Below are positions 42,094 through 48,358 of a stretch of 48,358 bases of DNA, piece after piece. Both the position numbers and the translations under genes were made by a program. Origin of the DNA: Candidatus Diapherotrites archaeon ADurb.Bin253 (GTDB lineage Archaea; Nanobdellota; Nanobdellia; Pacearchaeales; GW2011-AR1); NCBI GenBank assembly GCA_002069705.1, contig MWBV01000004.1:1-48358 (forward strand). The letters run 5' to 3'. The first letter of the stretch is position 1, and each line of letters begins with the position of its first letter. A model generated the notes under the pieces. That model was not told the DNA's origin, searched no databases, and saw nothing but the letters and a program-made list of their open reading frames with translations.

Positions 42094-44892
42094 ATGTATG
42101 ATTTTAAAGATGTAGAAAAAGTTGCGAGAGAAATCTGGAAAAAACACAAAAAAGAATTAAAAGAATCTGTTCAGGATAATCCAAAAAAACCTCTTTTTAG
42201 TTTTCTAGAAGGACCCCCTACTGCGAATGCTCCTCCTGGATTGCATCACTTAGAAGCAAGAACATTCAAGGATTTAATATGTAAATTTAGATATATGAAT
42301 GGTTTTTCTGTTCCACGTAAGGGAGGATGGGATTGTCATGGATTACCTGTTGAAGTTCAAGTTGAAAAAGAGCTTAAACTTGAATCAAAAAAAGAAGTTG
42401 AAAAATATGGGGTTGATAAGTTCATAGAAAAATGTAGAGAGAGTGTTTTCTCAAACATAGAAGACTGGAATAAATCAACAGAAGAACTGAATTATTTAAT
42501 TGATTTGGAAAACCCATACATCACATTAGAAAATAATTATATTGAAAGTGTTTGGTGGAGTTTAAAGGAATTATATAAGAAAAAACTTCTTTATGAAGGA
42601 TACAAAGTTCTTCCTTTTTGCACAAGATGTGGAACTCCTCTATCAAGTCATGAAGTTGCTCAGGGCTACAAAGAAGTTCAGGAAGAATCTGTTTATATTG
42701 CATTTAGAATAAAGGGAAAAAAAGATGAATATATTTTAGCATGGACAACAACTCCTTGGACATTGCCAGGAAATGTTGCATTAGCTGTTGGACCTAAAAT
42801 AGAATATGTTAAAGTTGAATTACCTGATGGAGATAAATTAATAATTGGAAAAGAAAAAATAGGGCTCTTGAAAGGACAGTGTAAAATAATTGAGAAGCTT
42901 AAAGGAAAAGATTTAATTGGATTAGAATATGAACCATTATATGAGATAAAAGAATTGAAATCTGATAATTCTTACAGGATTGTGGCTGCAGATTTTGTTA
43001 CAACTGAGGATGGTACAGGTGTGGTGCATACTGCTGTGATGTATGGTGAAGAAGATTATAATTTAGGTAAAGAAATTGGATTACCTGAGGTTCATACTGT
43101 TGGACAAGATGGAAAATTTTTGGATATTGTTCCTGAGTTCATAAGAGGTAAGTATGTTAAATCTGCTGAAAAAGACATTAAAGAAGATTTAAAGAAAAGG
43201 CATCTTTTATTTAAGGTTGAAAAAATAAGCCATGATTACCCATTCTGTTGGAGGTGTGATTCTCCTTTGTTGTATTATGGAATAAATTCCTGGTTTATCA
43301 ATGCAAGTGAAACAAGAAAGAGATTGGTTGAATTAAACAAAGAAATAAACTGGTATCCTTCACACATTAAAGAAGGAAGATTTGGGAAATGGCTTGATGG
43401 TGCTAAAGACTGGGCACTTTCAAGATTCAAATTCTGGGGAACACCTTTACCAATTTGGAAATGTGAATGTGGTAAAGAAAAAATAATTGGAAGTATTGAG
43501 GAACTAAAGAAAGAAGCAATAAAAATGCCTAAGGAAAAAATAGATTTGCATAAACCTTGGATTGATAAAGTAAAATTAAGGTGTTCTTGCGGGAAAGAGA
43601 TGAGAAGAATACCAGATGTAATTGATTGTTGGTATGATTCTGGAAGTGCGTCGTTTGCACAATTCCATTATCCATTTGAAAACAAAAAAGAATTTGAAAG
43701 AAGATATAGTTATGATTACATTGCAGAAGGAATTGACCAGACAAGGGGTTGGTTTTATACTCTTCATTTCCTAGGTACAGTACTATTTGATAAACCTGCT
43801 TACAAGAATGCAATTTGTATGGGGCATATTGTTGATGAGAAAAGTGAAAAGATGTCAAAATCCAAAGGAAACATCATAAAACCAAGAGAAATAATAGATA
43901 AAGCGGGTGTTGATGCTGTAAGATTGCAATTTTTAACTTCAGATGTTGGAAATCAAAAAAGATTTTCTTATGAATTAATGAAAGAGAATGTTTTGGGTTT
44001 TTTGAATGTGTTATATAACTGTAATACCTACTACAAACAACTAGATAATAAAAAATGCTCTTATAAGATTGAAGATAAATGGATATTAAGCAAGCTAAAC
44101 AATCTTGTGAAAGAAGTTACAGCTGATTTAAATAATTATGAATTAAACAAGCCTTTTGAAAAGATAAATAATTTTGTTGTAAACAATTTTTCAAGAGGAT
44201 ATATTAAGATGACAAGGGATAGGGAAGATACAAAAGAGATTTTAAGGGAAGTTCTTGAAAAAATTTCATTATTGCTTGCGCCTTTTGCTCCTCATATCTC
44301 TGAATATATTTATAGTGGTTTCTCTAAAAACTCTGTTCATCTCTCAAAATGGCCAAAATTTGATGAAAGTAAAATAAATTTAGAGTTAGAAAAAGAAATG
44401 GAATTAATAATGAAAGTTATTGAAATTGGTTTAGCTGAAAGAGATAAAGCTCAAATTGGATTAAAATGGCCATTGCAAAGGGCTACAATTTGTGGAAAAT
44501 ATCTTGATTTTGAAGAAGAACTAATTGAAATATTAAAATCACAATTAAATGTAAAAGAAATTGTCATTGAAGAAGAGGAGGAACTAAAAGTAGTGCTTGA
44601 CAGAGAGATAACTCCTGAATTGGAATCAGAAGGTTATGCGCGTGAAATTGCAAGACAGGTTCAAGAATTCAGAAAGAAACTAGGATTGAGCAAAAAAGAA
44701 AATATTGAACTTTATATTGCAACCAGCGACGAATTCAAAGAAATAATTAGGAGTAAAACTGATTTTATTAAACTTAGAACAAACTCAAAAAAACTGGAAT
44801 TTGTTGCAACCCTACAGAAAGAAAAATTTAAAAACACTGTATCTTTTAATATTAAAGATAAAAGAGGAGAAATAGGGATAGTCATAAAGTGA
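42094..44892 (+). CDS. ileS: Isoleucine--tRNA ligase (archaeal/type 2-like) with GXHH signature
   Basis: EGPPTAN, GWDCHGLPVE, WTTTPWTLPGN, GTG.VH.A, YP.CWRC, EG.DQTRGWFY and KMSKSKGN. Confidence 0.97.
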   Translation: MYDFKDVEKVAREIWKKHKKELKESVQDNPKKPLFSFLEGPPTANAPPGLHHLEARTFKDLICKFRYMNGFSVPRKGGWDCHGLPVEVQVEKELKLESKKEVEKYGVDKFIEKCRESVFSNIEDWNKSTEELNYLIDLENPYITLENNYIESVWWSLKELYKKKLLYEGYKVLPFCTRCGTPLSSHEVAQGYKEVQEESVYIAFRIKGKKDEYILAWTTTPWTLPGNVALAVGPKIEYVKVELPDGDKLIIGKEKIGLLKGQCKIIEKLKGKDLIGLEYEPLYEIKELKSDNSYRIVAADFVTTEDGTGVVHTAVMYGEEDYNLGKEIGLPEVHTVGQDGKFLDIVPEFIRGKYVKSAEKDIKEDLKKRHLLFKVEKISHDYPFCWRCDSPLLYYGINSWFINASETRKRLVELNKEINWYPSHIKEGRFGKWLDGAKDWALSRFKFWGTPLPIWKCECGKEKIIGSIEELKKEAIKMPKEKIDLHKPWIDKVKLRCSCGKEMRRIPDVIDCWYDSGSASFAQFHYPFENKKEFERRYSYDYIAEGIDQTRGWFYTLHFLGTVLFDKPAYKNAICMGHIVDEKSEKMSKSKGNIIKPREIIDKAGVDAVRLQFLTSDVGNQKRFSYELMKENVLGFLNVLYNCNTYYKQLDNKKCSYKIEDKWILSKLNNLVKEVTADLNNYELNKPFEKINNFVVNNFSRGYIKMTRDREDTKEILREVLEKISLLLAPFAPHISEYIYSGFSKNSVHLSKWPKFDESKINLELEKEMELIMKVIEIGLAERDKAQIGLKWPLQRATICGKYLDFEEELIEILKSQLNVKEIVIEEEEELKVVLDREITPELESEGYAREIARQVQEFRKKLGLSKKENIELYIATSDEFKEIIRSKTDFIKLRTNSKKLEFVATLQKEKFKNTVSFNIKDKRGEIGIVIK

Positions 44893-44974
44893 CTACCTAC
44901 CGGTAATCCAAAAAATTTACTCTTTTATTATAACAAAGTTTAAAAGGAGATGTCGCTAAACCAATATATACAAA

Positions 44975-45781
44975 ATGATAGTAAAAGACGAATTCCTAAG
45001 TAGGTTGAGAAAGATTTTTGATTTGAACCTATATGAGGTAAAGGTCTGGACAGCTCTTTTGTCGAGGGGAACCTCAACAGCAGGGGAACTAAGTAATATT
45101 TCAGATGTACCTCGTTCAAGAACATATGATATTTTAGAAAGTCTTGAAAAAAAAGGATTTATTGTTATGAAACTTGGTAAACCTATCAAGTTTGTTGCAC
45201 TTAAACCTGAAGAAGTTGTTGAAAGAGTTAAGAAAAACCTTATAAAATATGCTCAAGAAAGAACAAAAAGACTTGAAACACTTAAAGATGATGAAGTTCT
45301 TGAAGAACTAAATGGATTATTTACTAAAGGTATTAAGTTTGTTGAACCAAGTGAATTATCTGGAAGTATTAAGGGAAGACAGAACTTATACAATCACTTA
45401 GATATGATGATTCGTGATGCTGAAAAGACAATCACGATTGTTACAACAGCAGAGGGTCTTAACAGAAAACTTGAGGCTTTGATGCCTATTCTTGAAAAAA
45501 TTAAAAAAAGAGGGGTGAAAGTAAGAATTGCTTCTCCTATAAATAACAATAATATAAAATATGCAAGAGAATTAAAGAAAGTTGCTGAAGTTAAAGAAAT
45601 GGAAGGGATAAGAGCTAGATTCGTAATTGTTGATGGAAATCAAATAATGTTTATGCTTTTGGATGATGAAAAATTCCATCCTAATTATGATATTGGTGTG
45701 TGGATTAATACAGAATTCTTTGCTCATGCACTTGAACAGATGTTTGATATTGCTTGGAAAGAAATGAAACCTATTAAGTAA
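44975..45781 (+). CDS. TrmB-family (TrmBL2-like) DNA-binding protein
   Basis: N-terminal wHTH (LNLYE.KV..ALL, AGEL..ISDVPRSR.YD.L.SL..KG), a coiled coil, and a C-terminal PLD-like domain (RFVIVDG). Confidence 0.9.
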   Translation: MIVKDEFLSRLRKIFDLNLYEVKVWTALLSRGTSTAGELSNISDVPRSRTYDILESLEKKGFIVMKLGKPIKFVALKPEEVVERVKKNLIKYAQERTKRLETLKDDEVLEELNGLFTKGIKFVEPSELSGSIKGRQNLYNHLDMMIRDAEKTITIVTTAEGLNRKLEALMPILEKIKKRGVKVRIASPINNNNIKYARELKKVAEVKEMEGIRARFVIVDGNQIMFMLLDDEKFHPNYDIGVWINTEFFAHALEQMFDIAWKEMKPIK

Positions 45782-45859
45782 ACAAGAATTCTTTTATACA
45801 TCTATTAATTAAAATTAAGTAATCAAAACATATAAAAAACCTTATTTTTTAAATATAAT

Positions 45860-46135
45860 ATGAAAGTAAAAAAAGAGATGAACAAACCTATAAAGATAAT
45901 ATTGATTGTCTTGGTTATTTTGTTGCTTGCAGCTGGAATTTACTTTTTGGTTACAGAACTTAAAGAAGCAAGATATACAAGAGAGATGTCAATATTTGAA
46001 CAGGGTTTTACATATGGGTATACCAATGCAGTGATGCAGATAATAAACATCTCAGATACTTGTCAGCCATTCCCAGTTTATCTTGGAAATGAATCAAGGA
46101 CATTAATTTCTGTTAATTGTTTAAATCTTGCTTAA
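45860..46135 (+). CDS. Single-TM hypothetical protein
   Basis: Basic N-terminus, one TM helix and two Cys in the C-terminal part. Confidence 0.65.
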   Translation: MKVKKEMNKPIKIILIVLVILLLAAGIYFLVTELKEARYTREMSIFEQGFTYGYTNAVMQIINISDTCQPFPVYLGNESRTLISVNCLNLA

Positions 46136-46196
46136 ATTGCTTTGAAAATCTAGAAAAGAGAAAGGAAAGCGAGAGTAGGATATAAAATTTAAGAGA

Positions 46197-47036
46197 TTAA
46201 CCGAGTAATTTTTCAATTCCTTCTATATTTTTTACTTTAAATATTTCTAATCTTAATTTAGTTGAATTCTCAATACCTTTTGTGAAATTCATAGCCTGAA
46301 GTTTTATTTGTCTAAAAGGAAGATTATACTTATTTGCTAATTTAAGATATTGTTTAAAAGATTTTTTGAAAGTAGTGTTGGTTATTTTAGAAAATATTTC
46401 TGGTCTTCCAATAGCTTCTCTTCCTATCATAATATAATCAAATTTTTTTAAAAGTTCTTTGTAATTTTTTTCATTTACATTTCCGGAATATATTACAGGA
46501 AGAAATGTTTTAGATTTTATTTCCTCTGCAAAGTTTAAATCTGGTTCTCCTGAATACCCTTGTTTTTGAGTTCTTGGATGAATTGTTATACCATCGCAAT
46601 ATTTTTCTGCAAGTTTTAGAATATCAAATGAAATATTGGATTTTCTCATCTTTAGAATCAAAGGTTTTTTTGTGTTAGCTCTCATAACTTTCAATATCTC
46701 TTCAATTATTTTTAAATCCTTGAGGTAGCTTCCAAAACCATGTTTCTTAGCATTTTTAGCAGGACATCCTAAATTAAAATCCCAGAGTGAAACTTCTTTA
46801 TCATGTTTTTCTATGAACTCTTTTATACCTGAAGTATTTGTGGTAAAAATCTGAAGTCCAGGAGTGTCATCTAGATATATTTTCTTTTTAGAAAGAGGAT
46901 TAATCATGCCTGTAAAGGTTAAACCACAACCTGCCTTTTTACACATAATTCTAAATGCAGGATCATTTATTTCTTCCATTGGTGCCAAGAATATTCTGTT
47001 CTTTACTTTCAAGTTTCTTATTCTTCTCATGAACAT
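46197..47036 (-). CDS. dus: tRNA-dihydrouridine synthase family protein
   Basis: LAPME, DFNLGCP, KMR, IHPRT, SGN and IMIGR. Confidence 0.9.
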   Translation of the reverse strand: MFMRRIRNLKVKNRIFLAPMEEINDPAFRIMCKKAGCGLTFTGMINPLSKKKIYLDDTPGLQIFTTNTSGIKEFIEKHDKEVSLWDFNLGCPAKNAKKHGFGSYLKDLKIIEEILKVMRANTKKPLILKMRKSNISFDILKLAEKYCDGITIHPRTQKQGYSGEPDLNFAEEIKSKTFLPVIYSGNVNEKNYKELLKKFDYIMIGREAIGRPEIFSKITNTTFKKSFKQYLKLANKYNLPFRQIKLQAMNFTKGIENSTKLRLEIFKVKNIEGIEKLLG

Positions 47037-47075
47037 ATTAACAAGAATATATTTAAATTGGTTTTCTTTTAGTAA

Positions 47076-47543
47076 ATGATGAGAGTAGTGAACAAAAAAA
47101 GAGGATTATCTAAATCTTCTAACATGTTGCTTATAACAATGTTGATACTAATCACTGCATCTATAATCTGGATTGTATTAAGAGGGCCTTTAAGAGGGAC
47201 TGCGAGTCAAATACAATATTATGAATCTGAATTAGATATAAAAATAGAAAAAGTCCAGTATCAAGGAAATTCTTTAAACATAACTGTTAAACGAAATGTT
47301 GGAAAAGGGCAATTTATTGGTACAAGTTTTTTAATAGAAACAGCAGAGAGTTCTGAATTTTTTGTTGAAAGAACTATTTTAAATGAATTAGAGATGAAAA
47401 CATTCACATTTAATTTAATTGAAATACAACCTGAGAACATAATTAAAATAAAAATAGCTCCTATATTCAAATTAGATACAGGTGAAGAAATGGTAGGTGA
47501 AACAAAAGATGAATACGAATTTTCAATCTACAAACAAGATTGA
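47076..47543 (+). CDS. Pilin-like surface protein with a class III signal-peptide-like N-terminus
   Basis: KKRG|LS followed by a long hydrophobic helix and a beta-rich domain. Confidence 0.65.
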   Translation: MMRVVNKKRGLSKSSNMLLITMLILITASIIWIVLRGPLRGTASQIQYYESELDIKIEKVQYQGNSLNITVKRNVGKGQFIGTSFLIETAESSEFFVERTILNELEMKTFTFNLIEIQPENIIKIKIAPIFKLDTGEEMVGETKDEYEFSIYKQD

Positions 47544-48358
47544 TAAAGAAGAGACAAAAATACCTAGTTCAAGTGTAACTATACTATTAGTAATTATAGT
47601 TATTGTTTTGATGGTCATTATGTGGGTTTTATTTAGAAATTTTTTTGGAAATCATAAAAACGTAGATACTATCCCTTTAGATGAATCTAATTTAGATTTA
47701 AAAATATCTAGAGTTCAAAAAATAAATGACTCTTTTATAAATATAGTTGTGAATAGAGAATATGGAGAAGGAGAATTTGTAGCCCTAACTTTTATTATTT
47801 ATGATGGAAATAAAACTGAAACAATAAGAAAAAATATTTCAATTGAGGAGTCTGAAAATAAGAATATATTAATAAATTTGGCTTTAGTTAATGCTTCAAA
47901 AATCCAAAGTATTTCTATTACTCCTATATTAGAAGATGAATCTGGAAAAGAAATTCTTGGGGAAATTGAAGATAAATATTTTGCAAATGTCAGTTGCTCT
48001 AAATTTTGTCCTTATAAAGCAGAATGTGGAACAAATGATTGTGGAGAGCCTTGTGGAAAGGGATGCACAGAAGGTTACTCTTGTGAAAATTACAAATGTA
48101 TTAAAATAAATATACCACAAAATCAAACTCAAAACCAGACCCAACTTCAAAATATATCCTGCGAAGAGAATTGCTCAACACTAGAACTTCAGTGTGGAAA
48201 TCATACAATATGCAATAAAAGCATTAATTGTGGAGATTGTTCAAATGGATACACTTGTCAAATAAATGGAACCTGTACTAAAAATCCATGTGTACCTGCA
48301 ACTTGTGCTTCTTTAGGAAGAAATTGTGGAACAGTTAGTGATGGATGTGGAGGGACTT
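47509..48358 (+). CDS. Membrane-anchored paralogue of the preceding protein, extended by cysteine-rich repeats; runs off the window end and is absent from the ORF track
   Basis: Open frame from the ATG at 47509 to the end: MNTNFQ...TM helix...ESNLDLKISRVQ...GEGEFV...ISITPILEDESGKEILGEIEDKY, then Cys-rich repeats ending CVPATCASLGRNCGTVSDGCGGT. Confidence 0.85.
   Translation, partial: MNTNFQSTNKIDKEETKIPSSSVTILLVIIVIVLMVIMWVLFRNFFGNHKNVDTIPLDESNLDLKISRVQKINDSFINIVVNREYGEGEFVALTFIIYDGNKTETIRKNISIEESENKNILINLALVNASKIQSISITPILEDESGKEILGEIEDKYFANVSCSKFCPYKAECGTNDCGEPCGKGCTEGYSCENYKCIKINIPQNQTQNQTQLQNISCEENCSTLELQCGNHTICNKSINCGDCSNGYTCQINGTCTKNPCVPATCASLGRNCGTVSDGCGGT

Noticed and set aside
1-48358. 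CRISPR array, rRNA genes, transposase, integrase or prophage
   Set aside because: No run of three or more regularly spaced repeats with unique spacers, no rRNA-like region, and no ORF with recombinase, transposase or virion motifs was found.

Overview
AT-rich, gene-dense archaeal chromosome segment, most likely from a reduced-genome DPANN archaeon (Pacearchaeota/Woesearchaeota-like). The lineage is inferred from gene content and gene style, not from a database search. From left to right it carries: a dTTP-synthesis cluster (dCMP deaminase, Dcd/dUTPase-fold protein, ThyA, DHFR) plus thioredoxin; tRNA-Lys(UUU) flanked by partial copies of itself; the rpoH-rpoB-rpoA-nusA-rps12-rps7-EF2-EF1A cluster, with a fused A'/A'' subunit, no rpl30e or rps10, and small unassigned ORFs at most junctions; dnaG; a large surface protein; pcm; SMC; RNase HII; tRNA-iMet; tRNA-Ser(GCU); transporters; DTD2; endonuclease IV; Dph5; a membrane-anchored lytic transglycosylase; IleRS; a TrmB-family protein; Dus; and two paralogous pilin-like surface proteins. 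The strongest candidate for novelty is a condensin-type SMC ATPase (24826-27684) with no recognisable hinge and a Rad50-like CPLC zinc-hook motif at its midpoint. Other notable items are a Bud23/WBSCR22-like methyltransferase split by one in-frame TGA, a peptidoglycan-type SLT enzyme in an archaeon, an IleRS with the GXHH signature, an EF-2 with two altered GTPase motifs, and short insertions that duplicate gene ends. No rRNA, CRISPR array, transposase or integrase was seen.
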